63,629 bases of DNA, filler included, from Asterionella formosa (GCA_002256025.1; 25 parts of 25 records of this genome joined end to end with filler, not necessarily neighbours in it), one strand, 5' to 3'; numbered from the whole stretch's first letter, positions 1 to 14,878 are shown. The notes: generated by a model from the letters alone, not told the origin. Made by a program: numbers and translations.

Positions 1-780
1 ACAATGCTCAGAAGTCACAGTGGATTTCATTGGTCCATGGAAGATAACAGTGACTGCACAAGCGATTGAATTTCATGCTCCAACTTGAGTTAACACAGTC
101 ACCAATTTACCAGAAATTTCACATATCGATAATAAGACATCAGAATATATTGCGATGAAATTTAAAAATGATTGGTTAGAAAGATATCTCCGTCCAGAAG
201 GTTGTATACATGACAATGGAGGTCAATTTACTGGTATTCCTTTCAGACACATGTAAGTGTTGAATGGAATTAAAATTGGGACCATTACAGTCAAGAATCC
301 ACAAACAAATGCTATCCGTGAACGTTTACATCAATCTATCAGTAAAAATCTATGTACAAGTCATGTTAAAGGCTCATCCTCCAATCAAGGAATTTCAAGT
401 TCAGAATATTGTGGATACCAGTTTGCTGTATCATATGCAGCTCGAGTTACTATTTATAGTACATTGTGTATTTTCACCAGGAACATGGGTTTTCCAACAT
501 GATTTGATTACAGATATGTAATTGATATTGGGATATCAATGTCGATAAGTGATAATTGACAAATGACTACGTCGTGATAATTTCCGTCGTCGTTCTTGCG
601 ATTACAAGGTTGTTGATGAGGTTTTAATCCTATTGGATAATCCTACTACCTTGGATAACCATGGACGAGGTCCTTATTCTATTTATTCAAGTATATGCCA
701 ATGGTACAGTTACTTTTCAACAAACTATGCATACTACGGAACGAATTAATATCCATTACATCAAACCTTTTCAAAGGTAA
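1..780 (+). pseudogene. Degenerate Ty3/gypsy integrase (rve core and C-terminus)
   Basis: Fragments VTVDFIGPWKIT, CIHDNGGQFTG and KNPQTNAIRERLHQ match the integrase D,D(35)E core; multiple stops and frameshifts; followed by a polypurine tract and an LTR. Confidence 0.85.
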
Positions 781-805
781 AAGGTTTTCCCTTGGTGTGG
801 GAGAG

Positions 806-986
806 TGAGCGATCTTGCGCATCAATACAGATGTATATAGGGTTAGTGTTATATCATATATGAATAAGAACTCGACTAACCCTCATTGTATACTTTGGTG
901 TCGACTTGGAGAACGAGTTACACACAAGGATTAACAAATAAGCTCATATATTCAACAAATACTACTACTTCTAGTTAGATACTTCA
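806..986 (+). mobile_element. 3' LTR of the gypsy element (TG...CA)
   Basis: Starts TGAGC directly after purine-rich GTGGGAGAG and ends GATACTTCA; homologous copies at 16931-17126 and 24852-25046. Confidence 0.8.
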
Positions 987-1112
987 CTGTACAGTTCAGG
1001 TACCAGGTAGTCTGCTCACAGGATAACAATTGTATCATACGTAGTACTCCGTACAAAGGTTCCAGGTACCGGTAATGGAGTTGAAGGAAGAAAATGTATC
1101 CGCGACCATCAG

Positions 1113-1212
1113 NNNNNNNNNNNNNNNNNNNNNNNNNNNNNNNNNNNNNNNNNNNNTTAATTAATTAANNNNNNNNNNNNNNNNNNNNNNNNNNNNNNNN
1201 NNNNNNNNNNNN
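1113..1212. other. Artificial contig linker N44-TTAATTAATTAA-N44 (first of 24; others start at about 2325, 3537, 4748, 22711, 23922, 25133, 26344, 27555, 45486, 46696, 47906, 49116, 50326, 51536, 52746, 53956, 55166, 56376, 57585, 58794, 60003, 61212, 62421)
   Basis: Identical 100-nt spacer with stop codons in all six frames, recurring about every 1.21 kb between unrelated sequences. Confidence 0.98.
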
Positions 1213-1230
1213 GAAAATTCTAAATTCACC

Positions 1231-2058
1231 ATGGAGCCAGTTTTGTTTTCTCTTGGGATTTTCCGTACAACTGTAAGGAACAAAGTCATTGCTTGGCGCC
1301 CCCTTGGTCTAATACCAAAACTTGATGGTCAGAGTCTTGCATTGAACAAAAATATGACTGCCGACGATAAGTGCAAGGATTATCACACAATTTTGGCAAT
1401 TATATTGTCGGGAGTTCAAGAGACTCAGAAATCTGGTGGCTTCAAGTATAATTTCAATTTCCATGGCAAACAGCATAGCCTGGTTGTAAAGGTACCGGTC
1501 GGGTTGGTGCTTGGCGATGCGGAAGGATTGGACAATCAGTGTGGGAGGATTAAATATTACCTGAAAACTTTTCGTCTCTGTCGGGAATGTGATTGTTCAT
1601 ACGACAAATTAGATAAACCATCAATCAAATGCTCTCCAGTAGGGCAAGTGGGTTATGCTGCCCTATTAGGAATGAACGACAAAACACTAATGGATGCCGT
1701 GTCACAACGTTTTATTACACCTTGCTGGTATGCGCTGGATTTTGGTGGAGATCCATTGGGAATCAATGGCCATTGCCCTCCTGAAAAGTTGCACTCAATA
1801 CATGAGGGAATGATGCGTTATCTCATTCTTCTGTTCTCGGTAAAGTTCGGCACTGTTACCTCTGCTCAGGGGTTGAAAAATAGAACAGCTTTTGATACAT
1901 TATTCATAAAAGTGTCAAAGATGATGCAACATCAAAGCGATCGGGATATGCCAAGGTGCAATTTTCATGGTGGATTCCATGGATGTTTTCCAAAGATAAC
2001 AGGAAATGAAACCGTTGGAGTAATGCTTGTTGCTTGTTTGGTAAATTCTATTGAATAG
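1231..2058 (+). mobile_element. Plavaka-type (CACTA/EnSpm-related) transposase, partial
   Basis: AWRPLG.IP, YH..L..IL, LVLGDAEGLDNQCGR, CRECDC and HQSDRDMPR motifs; open at the contig start; possible GT donor at 2041. Confidence 0.7.
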
Positions 2059-2125
2059 AATTTGCTGAAAACGAATAGAATGTGCTGAATACGAATAGAA
2101 TTTGCTGATAATGACTAGAACTTGA
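2053..2125 (+). repeat. 20-bp period tandem repeat GAATAGAATTTGCTGAAAAC, about 3.5 copies
   Basis: Seen directly in sequence. Confidence 0.85.
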
Positions 2126-2498
2126 AGGTGAATAGGAATAGATTTTTTGAATGACCCTTCTTCAAATTAAATACCGTACCTCCTGGTACCGGTATATATA
2201 TGAACATATACCAGTATGCACTATACTATTTCCCCTAATAGCCATGCTACAGTAAGTCTGCTATGAGCATATGTGACATAGTGACTATATACATACACAA
2301 AGAACTGGTAGTCACAGTCACTATNNNNNNNNNNNNNNNNNNNNNNNNNNNNNNNNNNNNNNNNNNNNTTAATTAATTAANNNNNNNNNNNNNNNNNNNN
2401 NNNNNNNNNNNNNNNNNNNNNNNNTTGGACACATACAAATACTCACTACTGTTGGAAAGACCAAGGAGCGACGAAATGCCAGAAACTAAATGATGCTG

Positions 2499-2745
2499 AG
2501 CAGGAGGAAGCCTCCTTAATTGTGAAGGCGGTGGAGAGGCTCAAACTTCAAATGGAGCTTTATTAATAACCGGAACGTTCCCTCCTCACGAGGGCTGCTT
2601 GAGAGGGAGCTCAACGTTCATTTTCAAGCGCTTGGAGGTGGATCAGGAAGAGCGAAGAAGCATTCCAAAGACAATGCGGCATATCTGCAGGAGGAAGCCT
2701 CCTTAATTGTGCAGGCGGTGGAGAGGCTCAAACTTCAATTGGAGC
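2499..2745 (+). repeat. About 55-bp direct repeat (GCAGGAGGAAGCCTCCTTAATTGTG..GGCGGTGGAGAGGCTCAAACTTCAA), copies near 2500 and 2687
   Basis: Seen directly; translates as QEEASLIV.AVERLKLQ, but the frame is interrupted. Confidence 0.8.
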
Positions 2746-3636
2746 AGGATCAGGAAAAAATTAATAATGTAATGCCATATTGGTAAATACCAATATAGAA
2801 TAGCTTGTACTGATGTACCATGCGTCGTACCATCCATACAAGCAAATGCAATTATACTGCTGCTGTGGCCGCTGCTGTTGCTTTCCCATCAGGCAACATA
2901 CAGTAAATTCTACACACGAGTGTACCACAGGACGGAATCCAGAATCCGTTCGTATGCCATCCTTGATGTCGAAATCGGCAGAACGGCGTGATAAATAAAA
3001 TTTTTAATTTTTATCATACACATACATATATATGCCGGTATTATGTTCAAGGAGCATGGTGATATGGCACACTACCTGTAACCTGGTACCCTGCAAGTTG
3101 CGGTCATTTTGCCGAAAATGGAACGCGGCGCCGGCAAGCACTCATATTTTTACTCCCCGCTGATATTACTTTCGCGCTGGCCAATATATTTCATTATTAT
3201 CAAAATCTAATTTTTAAGAATAATTTTCCGAACTTGCTACGAATTTTCCGAACTTTCTACGATTAGGGGGGTTTCCCCCCAATCACAATTTTGAGTTTCA
3301 AGACTCCTTATTCCAGAAATCTCCTAGTTTATGTGCATTTCTATTTCGGTATAAGGCCCCGTCTTACGGCGCCCGAATTACGAAGATTCAGTCGCCCGGA
3401 TACCTGTTGGGCGTTTAATCTTCGTATTTTCGTCCCTTGCGGACTAAATAACTCGCAAATCCCCCCCGATTACGAAGATTAATCTTCGTTTGCCCGAATA
3501 TTTCGAGGGTCATCCCCGATATTGACCCAATCTTCGNNNNNNNNNNNNNNNNNNNNNNNNNNNNNNNNNNNNNNNNNNNNTTAATTAATTAANNNNNNNN
3601 NNNNNNNNNNNNNNNNNNNNNNNNNNNNNNNNNNNN

Positions 3637-3700
3637 TCATCAGGAAGAAGATGCCGATGTATCCGCCCTTGTCGAGCAGCTCGAGGAGAAATTCGGTCAT
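3637..3700 (-). CDS. dedA: DedA family protein, N-terminal fragment (bacterial)
   Basis: MTEFLLELLDKGGYIGIFFLM 41 nt downstream of gshB; N-terminus and gene order typical of Sphingomonadales; truncated by the contig end. Confidence 0.6.
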
Positions 3701-3741
3701 GGGTCTCACGTAATCCGGTTGAAGGTCGGTTCAGACGCCAA

Positions 3742-4707
3742 TCAGGCTGGGCGACGCTCGGCCAGCCGCCGTTCGATCGCGTCCCAGATCATGGCCGCCG
3801 TATCAGTCTTGTTGAAGCGGTCAATCGCCACGATCCCTGTGGGAGACGTCACGTTGATTTCGGTGAGCCACTGCCCGCCGATCACATCGATGCCAACAAA
3901 GGTGAGGCCCAGCCGTTTCAGATCCGGGCCGAGCACCGCGCAGATTTCAGCCTCGCGCTCTGTAAGTTCGGTGGGCTTCGCAGAGCCACCCATTGCGAGG
4001 TTGGAGCGGAACTCGCCCTCGCCCGGGATGCGGTTGATTGCGCCCGCGATCTCGCCGTCGATCAGCACGATACGCTTGTCGCCCTTGGCCACCTCGGGGA
4101 GGAAGGGCTGGACCATGTGCGGTTCGGGCCAGGTCTGGTTGAACACCTCGAACAATGCGGTGAGGTTCTCGGCATTCTCGCCGATGCGGAAGATCGCCTT
4201 GCCGCCGTTGCCGTGGATGGGTTTCACCACCACCGCGCCGTGCTTGGCCATGAAGCGCCGCACCTCGTCGACCGATCGCGTCACCAGCGTCGGCGGCATG
4301 AAGCGGCGATAGTTCAGCACCATCACCTTTTCGGGCGAGTTGCGGACATTGGCGGGGTCATTGACCACCAGCGTCTCGTGCCCGATCCGCTCCAGCAGGT
4401 GCGTGGCGGTGATGTAGCCCATGTGGAACGGCGGATCCTGCCGCATCAGCACGACGTCGATGTCCTTGCCGAGATCGAGCCGGACTTCATCGCCGCGGTT
4501 GAAGTGATCGCCCTCGACCCGTTGCACCGTCACCGGAAAGGCGTGCGCAAACAGGCGGTCATCCTCGTCGAGGGTGAGGCTTTCGACATTGTATTCGAAG
4601 ACCGCGTAGCCGCGGTTTTGCGCCGCCAGCATGAGCGCAAAGGAGCTGTCGCCAGCGATGTTGATCCGGTCGATGGGGTCCATCTGGACGGCGACGCGCA
4701 ATGTCAT
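3742..4707 (-). CDS. gshB: Glutathione synthetase, prokaryotic ATP-grasp type (alphaproteobacterial contig)
   Basis: VAVQMDP, DSSFALMLAAQ.RG, LMRQDPPF, GDKRI, RSNLAMGG and EINVTSPTG motifs; GC-rich and intronless, unlike the rest of the window. Confidence 0.97.
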   Translation of the reverse strand: MTLRVAVQMDPIDRINIAGDSSFALMLAAQNRGYAVFEYNVESLTLDEDDRLFAHAFPVTVQRVEGDHFNRGDEVRLDLGKDIDVVLMRQDPPFHMGYITATHLLERIGHETLVVNDPANVRNSPEKVMVLNYRRFMPPTLVTRSVDEVRRFMAKHGAVVVKPIHGNGGKAIFRIGENAENLTALFEVFNQTWPEPHMVQPFLPEVAKGDKRIVLIDGEIAGAINRIPGEGEFRSNLAMGGSAKPTELTEREAEICAVLGPDLKRLGLTFVGIDVIGGQWLTEINVTSPTGIVAIDRFNKTDTAAMIWDAIERRLAERRPA

Positions 4708-5376
4708 TCATGCAACTCCGAAGGGGTGTGGCTGCGTCAAAACGGCANNNNNNNNNNNNNNNNNNNNNNNNNNNNNNNNNNNNNNNNNNNNTTAATTAAT
4801 TAANNNNNNNNNNNNNNNNNNNNNNNNNNNNNNNNNNNNNNNNNNNNCAGCACTCATTCCTCACATCTTCTTTATCATTGCATTCACAAGGAGGAAGAGA
4901 GATGGAAATGGGCAACTGCGTGAAAATAGTCTAGTGGACAATGATGCATTGCCTTTGCAAGGAGGAAAAGAGATGAAAGTGGGGGATGTGAATGGGAAGT
5001 TCCCAGGTATTCTTGTACAGCTTTAATTTTGTAGCTTTCATCAAAATGTTCCTTTCTCATATTACTTGTGCATTTAGGATGCATTAAAACCATCTGGGTA
5101 ATGTTTCGAGTGTCCAATAGGTTAAAGAGGGAAAATGTTAAGTGGGATGTTGTATCATTAGTAAATCCACGTAATACATAGCCTAATTTGAAAATGACAG
5201 CTTCTCTTGATGTGGATTTTTCTTAAAGTCAGCCAATATGCAGATTTTTCCTCAATAAAGATATGCCAAGAAAAATCTGAATTGAGTTCCTATAACCAAA
5301 GTAAAAGAATGACATGTGGTTTGGATGGGTGAAATGATAAAATATATTTGCTGATATGATGTTTGGGAATAAACTT

Positions 5377-7879
5377 CTACTTTCGAACCAAGTGAGGAGC
5401 AGCTTTCATCAAGTCCCTTTGTATCAGTTTGTGTGTTGATAAACCGGCCTTGTAACAGAATTTAAACACCTTCTTTATATCCGTATCACGTCCCAATCCA
5501 ACAGCAGCCTGAAAGAAGAAACAGTATGTTTCTACTGAAGCTTTCATGTTTGAAGAATGGATTTCTTTAACCACTTTCAATGCAATCTGGAATGCTTTCT
5601 CTCGTATTGGCTTATCAAAGGGCTCCGAAAATGCACAAGCCATCAAAACACCATCATAAGTTTGGATATCTGGTTGGATCGCGTTTTTCTTCATTTCTGA
5701 TAGTACCTTGAATGCCGTTTCAGCTTTCAAGAAGGATTTGCTCTTTGCAATAACATTCAAAAAGGAAGTATATGTGATCACATTTGGCTTGCAATCTGTA
5801 AAACCCTCAACTTTTCCTAAACGCTTCATTTCATTCAAAATAGCTCGTGCCCTATCAACAGCGCGAAAATCTTTACTTGTTGACCACGCTTGAATGACAG
5901 AACTAAATGTGATTGCATCCGGCTTGCAGCTTTTGTCTTCATCCTCCTTGAAGAGTCTTGTCATTTCACTCAAATACTCCTCTGCCTTTGTTGCTGTTCT
6001 GGGATCACGACTGTTGTTCCAAGCAGAAATTAGTGAATTGAATGAGTGGACATCTGGTTTTACACCTAATGCATTCATTTGTGCAAAAATCGCTTCCGCT
6101 TTCACTGCAGCATCTCGGTCGTCCCGATTTTTCGAAAATGCATTAATTACAGTGTTAAAAGTGATTGTGTTTGGCTTCAAATCAAAGTCTCCGTTATTGT
6201 ATCGTTCGAGCAGGTCGTTGAATACAGCTTCTGCTCGAATTGATGCATCGTTGGATTTTGATTTGGCAATACAGTCAAGCACTGTGCTATATGTTGTAAT
6301 GTTCGGCTTTACATCATCATAGTCACCCCTAATATCAATTTCGTGCATATTTCGCAAGATATTTTCGGCATGGGTTGAAGCAAGAGGCCCATTGGATTTA
6401 GCCAAGGCGTGCAAGACAGTGTTGAAGGAAACGACATCAGGAAACAAATTTTTGTTTTTGGTTGCAACTGCCATGGATTTCATTGTGTCCAGAATAGCCA
6501 TGGCTTTTTCAGTAGATCCTTTCTCACTTATTTTGGCGAGTGCATTGATTACAGCATTGAAATGTACTCGTTCAGGAATAAGATGGGAGTCGTTTGCTCC
6601 CTTGTATTCGTTGAGAAGTGCTTGCAGTAATGATTGCGCCTCGTACACCATACCACTCTGTGCAAATGCAGCAACAGCTGCCCCATATGGACAGNNNNNN
6701 NNNNNNNNNNNNNNNNNNNNNNNNNNNNNNNNNNNNNNNNNNNNNNNNNNNNNNNNNNNNNNNNNNNNNNNNNNNNNNNNNNNNNNNNNNNNNNNNNNNN
6801 NNNNNNNNNNNNNNNNNNNNNNNNNNNNNNNNNNNNNNNNNNNNNNNNNNNNNNNNNNNNNNNNNNNNNNNNNNNNNNNNNNNNNNNNNNNNNNNNNNNN
6901 NNNNNNNNNNNNNNNNNNNNNNNNNNNNNNNNNNNNNNNNNNNNNNNNNNNNNNNNNNNNNNNNNNNNNNNNNNNNNNNNNNNNNNNNNNNNNNNNNNNN
7001 NNNNNNNNNNNNNNNNNNNNNNNNNNNNNNNNNNNNNNNNNNNNNNNNNNNNNNNNNNNNNNNNNNNNNNNNNNNNNNNNNNNNNNNNNNNCTTTTGGAA
7101 AGTGCATCTATAGCAACATTGAATGTTACTGTATTTGGTTGTGCCATGATCATTTGGTGCTGAGTATTACTAGCAGAAGTAGTAGCAGAATGAAGGTTCT
7201 CATCTAGCAGTGTTCGAATCACTTCTTCGGCAAGATCATGTGCATCGTGTTTCTCATTCTTAATAGCATAGTCTAAAATCATATTGTAGATTTGAATATC
7301 GGGGACAACATTTGTATTTGTATTGGACCGATATGTGTTCAACTTTTCCAACACATTTCTGGCTGTTGTACCTTTTCTCGTTGGGTTTTGTGACCAAGCT
7401 AAAATAACGGCCCGTAGTAAGGATGTATTCAATGGAACAGTTTCCCAATGTGAAGACGTCGTAGTCGTTTGTTCTTGGACAGCACGATCCATCAATTTCC
7501 ATGCCATTTCCATACCTTCGGTTGTACACAGATCCTTCCAATATCGAACTCCACGTATGGCATCTTGCCAATCATCAAGACGTTCCCACCGTCTCGTGGC
7601 ATCCATCAGTCGACGAGCATTCCTTGTCCATATATCCTTCTTCACAATGTTGTCTTTACTGTTGCTACTGCTACTGCTACTGCTACGATAGGTAGCAGAG
7701 TCAGACATTCGCCATCGTCGTGATGCTTCAAGATTGGAAGAAGGAACGTTCCAAGAGATATTTGATAGGCTGTGTGATGGATGATGGGACAATGTTAACT
7801 GCCTGCTGACATGATTCGGAACAAATACGGAACGCTTGGATGAAACAATTCTCGAAGCTCGTAACAGCAACACCCTCAT
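5377..7879 (-). CDS. Pentatricopeptide-repeat (PPR) protein spanning a scaffold gap (6695-7091)
   Basis: Tandem PPR motifs (PDVVSFNTVLHALAKS, PNTITFNTVINAFSKN, PDAITFSSVIQAWS); Arg/Ser-rich organelle-targeting-like N-terminus; the two ORF halves flank an N gap. Confidence 0.9.
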
Positions 7880-8199
7880 GAAGATAGAGATGTATAGCAG
7901 GAACTCGGAGTAGTACGTTTGTTAGTTATGCAACAACTAGTAATAACAATAGTCATTGCAACAATGCAATGTTATGTGTCCCAACTCATTTGCTGATTTG
8001 GTTCGCTGATGTGTTGTTGAAAAGGTCCGTACTCCTCCTTCCTTCGCAGGATCGGTCTCTTCACGTAGGCCCGTACACGTACTAGTGGTACCCATTATAC
8101 CTTTTTACTGAAAACACATATATATTCACCATAATGCCGCACCTTCCAACATCATGATGTTCCTCCAACTTTCAAGTCCAGCTGTCTGAGTTCAGTCAC

Positions 8200-10920
<2,721 letters not shown>

Positions 10921-12388
10921 TTTTGTGGACTGACAAAAACATAAATATCAAAATCCTCAATCAGATAATAGGCATGCCCTTATCATTTGCCATCTCTGTA
11001 CAATTCAATACCAAAACAAAATCTATATTATTAAATGTGGTTAATGTTCAGACACTAATTAAATCAATGTTGAAATATTGTATTTATCATTGTATATTAT
11101 ATGACAATGCATGAAAACTCCAAACTTACCCTAATCCAGCATGTTCTCTGTGTCTTTTTGGTTGGCGATTAACTATTTCCGGCAATCTATAGAGATGAAC
11201 AAACTGACTCCAAATCTCAGACTAAATACGTAGCTGACTAGGCTACATGCTCGACGAGAAGGAGCGAGAACTCTCAGAATGAACAGTTACTAAAGTTTTG
11301 ATCATAGCAAAACGTGTTATTCTGCGTTCAATTGGTAATGGCAAATTTTTACTGGTACCATTTACTTTCTCTCTGCTCTGCTTCTAGGAGAGCAGAGATC
11401 ACATCCATTGTCCATGACAATGCATATGACCCAAATAATTGTTCGCTATTTGCTTTTTTTTTGGGTCATGCTGCCTTGTCCAAAAATGCAAAATGATATG
11501 TAGTTACCAAACAAGGCAAAGTGCGTACCAGGTACCCTGGTGGTACCCTGGTACCGTCGTCGCACCACCAACCATTTATTTTTGGTGCCAGAAAGTATCA
11601 GGGTACCGAGGTACCTCCTGATTTCAGTTCAAGATTTCGGAACAATATGAAGAACCACCCATAATTCCTCCATCCATCAATGCATCATATGTACGACATA
11701 ACGGTAAATGCATTGCATATACGGTATACATGCAGCCATACCGGTGTGTGTTATCCAATGGTGTTTATAATGTGACCATAGCTAAATACAGGTTTTTTGA
11801 TTAATTTTACATATACAAAAATATGTAAATATACAAATGTGTATTCATTTAATTTTATTTTAAGCTATTATTATTGTTTTACATCTATATACATATTCAT
11901 GTATATAGGTTGTTCATTGATATATACATGTATATATATAAAGAAGTGTCTGTCTATGGGTATATGCGATATGAAGCAAACAAGAAATGAGCATTCATTT
12001 GTATATTACATACCAGTAGTCTACTGCATGTTAGATCATGGAATGATATGTTATCCGTGCTCTCGTACGTACCTGGAACTGCGCTACCGGTACTACTCCT
12101 GTAGGTCTACAAAAAAAATGACTCCTCTACGAAACGAATTGATCATGCTTGCTTGCTTCTGCGGCTCCACAAATGGCTCATCCTTCCATTATTACAACAT
12201 ACATAACTTTGTTTTGTGGTTTCTGCGTCGCTCTTTTGTTGGTTCCTACTACATATCATAGTACAGTACGTCTATATATGCCGGTATAGCAACATAGTAG
12301 TAGTACAATAGCATTGAAGTCAGTAACGACAAGACCAGCACGAAGGACATTTTACAACGCAACAAGCAAGTACCTATCAGAATCAAAA

Positions 12389-14878
12389 ATGACAGCAAGA
12401 GTAGCAATAGCAGCAGCAATGATCAAACGACAAGGACGAAGTGTCCTATCGTCGACGTCAGCATTGTCTCATCGTACTCCCATGAGTACAACTACCAGCA
12501 GTACGATAAGTTCCAACATTCCCAACAACCAGAACAAACAATCAATAAGCACAACAATACTGCTACAAAAAGAATCATGGACTAGTCAAGATTGGAAGGA
12601 TGCCAGGCGGATCATGAAACGAGGTGGTGGAATTGAACGATCCACATGTTCATGGCGGCTTTTGGATCGGGCCATTTTGAAAGAAGCCTTCCATTCGGAG
12701 GAGGATTGTCATTTGACAGCAGCAGCAGCATCATCATCATCATCATCATTCCTAGAGCTACTTTCAGATGTTATCCATGTATGGAAGCACGATGATAGTT
12801 CCACTGTCATGACAGCACGACAGGTTATTCAAACGTTGGAATCGTATGTAGCCATGCAACCTTCACTTTTTAGTGGACCATTCTCTAATGATACAACCAG
12901 TACTATGACAACTGATAATAATTATATTCAGCTTTACAATACAATCCTTGAAACAGCCATACGTCGAGGTGAACCAATGGTACATGAACTTGCCAATGAC
13001 GTTATTCAATCCATGCTCTTGTTGAAACAAGATGGGAGCACAGTGCAACAATCACAATTACGACCCAACTCGACGACTTTTACAATTGCCATTTCAGCAC
13101 TTGCTTTTCCGGGTTTTAATATGAACAACCTTCACAACAGCACTACTTCTACTAATAATAATACTCTATCAGATGCCCCTCAACGAGCTGAAGCATTGTT
13201 GCAACAATTAAAAAACTTGATATCAAGTCCTACAACATGCGATAAATGGAAAGTGGAATTGGCTCCCACGTATAAAACATACAGTGCCATGATATCGACA
13301 TGGGCCAATCACCATTCTCTTTCGACTGCTACTACTTTGACGTCTACAGCTGCAGCTGCACAACGAGCAGAAACACTCCTTTATGAATCACCTCCTCCCC
13401 TTCAGGTTAAAACATATACAACTGTTATGGACCTATGGGCAAAATGCAATCAAGTTGGTGCTGCAGATCGATGTTTTCAATTATTCAATCATATGAAGGA
13501 ATTGTACAAGACAAACGGGGATAAACAAAGCAAACCAAATGCTATTACATATGGGACAGTCATTGCAGCATTTGCCAAAACTGGAAGAGCCAACGAAGCA
13601 GAAGGAGTGATGCTAGAACTACTTCAAGAGTATCAAAGAACCAAGGATCTTGATCTTGTTCCAAATCAAATTCATTTTAGTGCATTGATTGATGCATGGG
13701 CCAAAAGTCTACAGGTGGGAGCACCTCAACGTGCTGAGGCACTCTTGGAAAGAATGTATGCCTTGGCCAAGGAAACGAATCATGATCATTTGATGCCAAC
13801 TGTCATTACCTTTAATTCTGTAATACACGCATGGGCCAAGTCCAATGAAGTTGATGCAGCATCACGTGCCGAAGCCATTCTTTACCGGATGCAGTCGGAT
13901 CATGTTTTGAATGTAACACCTGATAGGTACACGTACACGACTGTATTGGACTGTTTGGCCAATTGCCAATCTAAAGATGCGGCAGTACGTGCTGAAGCCA
14001 TTTTGGACCTAATGATTGAACAATCTTCCAAAACTGACCTTGCGGTTGATGATAGTGATAGTGATACTAGTAGTATCAAACCAGATACGATTACGTTCAA
14101 TACAGTCATTTCTGCCATTACAAAATCTCGATACCCCGATGCTGTTGTTCGAGCATTGTCAATTTTTGAAAAAATGAAACGTTTGGGGGTTCCACCCGAC
14201 CGTCTTACCTTCAGTGCGTTGATATCGGCATGGGCCAACAGTCGTGATCCTCGTGCTGGGATAGAAGCAGAGAAACTTGTCAATGACATGAAGCGTTTGT
14301 ATGAAAGTAGTGGTGGTAATCCACGCTACCAACCAGATACTATTCTATATACTGCTGTCATTCATGCCTGGTCCAGATGTAGTTCGAATCCCATGGCAAT
14401 CGAACGAGCACGAGCCTATTTAGATGAAATGAAACAGTCGGGCAATAGTCATGGTCGTCCAGATGTGATTGCCTATACAACATTCGTGAATCTTGTTGCC
14501 AAGACCAGTGTGACAAACAAGGCAGAAGTAGCGTTCGAGGTACTATCGGAACTGGAGGAACTGTCCATTGTACCAAATCATCGTTTGTATTTAGCCATTC
14601 TAATGGCATGTGCATTCTCCAATAACTATCCACGACCAGCACGAGAACGTGCCTTTCAGATTGCAGCCCAAGTCTTTCGACAGGCGTACTTTCAAAGTCC
14701 TACAGAAAAGCCTCCCATGGTAATGTATGGATTTTTCTTTCAAGCTGCAGCTGGATTGAGACATGATAAGGAAGTGGAATTGGTATACAAGTTATGTAAC
14801 AAGGCTGGGTTTGCTAATGACAAGAGCATACAACGTGACTTGAAGGCAGCTGCACCACATTTGTTGTATCGTAATTAA
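12389..14878 (+). CDS. Pentatricopeptide-repeat (PPR) protein, paralogue of 5377-7879
   Basis: About 10 PPR motifs (PNAITYGTVIAAFAK, PTVITFNSVIHAWAKS, PDRLTFSALISAWANS); C-terminus LMACAFS...FFFQAA.GL...IQRDL..AAPHL shared with the upstream gene; first ATG at 12389. Confidence 0.93.
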   Translation: MTARVAIAAAMIKRQGRSVLSSTSALSHRTPMSTTTSSTISSNIPNNQNKQSISTTILLQKESWTSQDWKDARRIMKRGGGIERSTCSWRLLDRAILKEAFHSEEDCHLTAAAASSSSSSFLELLSDVIHVWKHDDSSTVMTARQVIQTLESYVAMQPSLFSGPFSNDTTSTMTTDNNYIQLYNTILETAIRRGEPMVHELANDVIQSMLLLKQDGSTVQQSQLRPNSTTFTIAISALAFPGFNMNNLHNSTTSTNNNTLSDAPQRAEALLQQLKNLISSPTTCDKWKVELAPTYKTYSAMISTWANHHSLSTATTLTSTAAAAQRAETLLYESPPPLQVKTYTTVMDLWAKCNQVGAADRCFQLFNHMKELYKTNGDKQSKPNAITYGTVIAAFAKTGRANEAEGVMLELLQEYQRTKDLDLVPNQIHFSALIDAWAKSLQVGAPQRAEALLERMYALAKETNHDHLMPTVITFNSVIHAWAKSNEVDAASRAEAILYRMQSDHVLNVTPDRYTYTTVLDCLANCQSKDAAVRAEAILDLMIEQSSKTDLAVDDSDSDTSSIKPDTITFNTVISAITKSRYPDAVVRALSIFEKMKRLGVPPDRLTFSALISAWANSRDPRAGIEAEKLVNDMKRLYESSGGNPRYQPDTILYTAVIHAWSRCSSNPMAIERARAYLDEMKQSGNSHGRPDVIAYTTFVNLVAKTSVTNKAEVAFEVLSELEELSIVPNHRLYLAILMACAFSNNYPRPARERAFQIAAQVFRQAYFQSPTEKPPMVMYGFFFQAAAGLRHDKEVELVYKLCNKAGFANDKSIQRDLKAAAPHLLYRN

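Noticed and set aside
1157..1168. Regularly recurring TTAATTAATTAA as a biological repeat
   Set aside because: Always centred in N runs; it is an artificial six-frame-stop linker, so adjacency across it is meaningless
3742..4707. Horizontal transfer of gshB into the diatom
   Set aside because: Whole contig is bacterial in GC and gene order, with no junction to host sequence
3719..4803. Plus-strand ORFs 3719-4312 and 4117-4803
   Set aside because: Antisense shadows of GC-rich gshB
6392..7207. Long ORFs crossing the 6695-7091 N gap on the plus strand
   Set aside because: Length is due to Ns; they are antisense to the PPR gene
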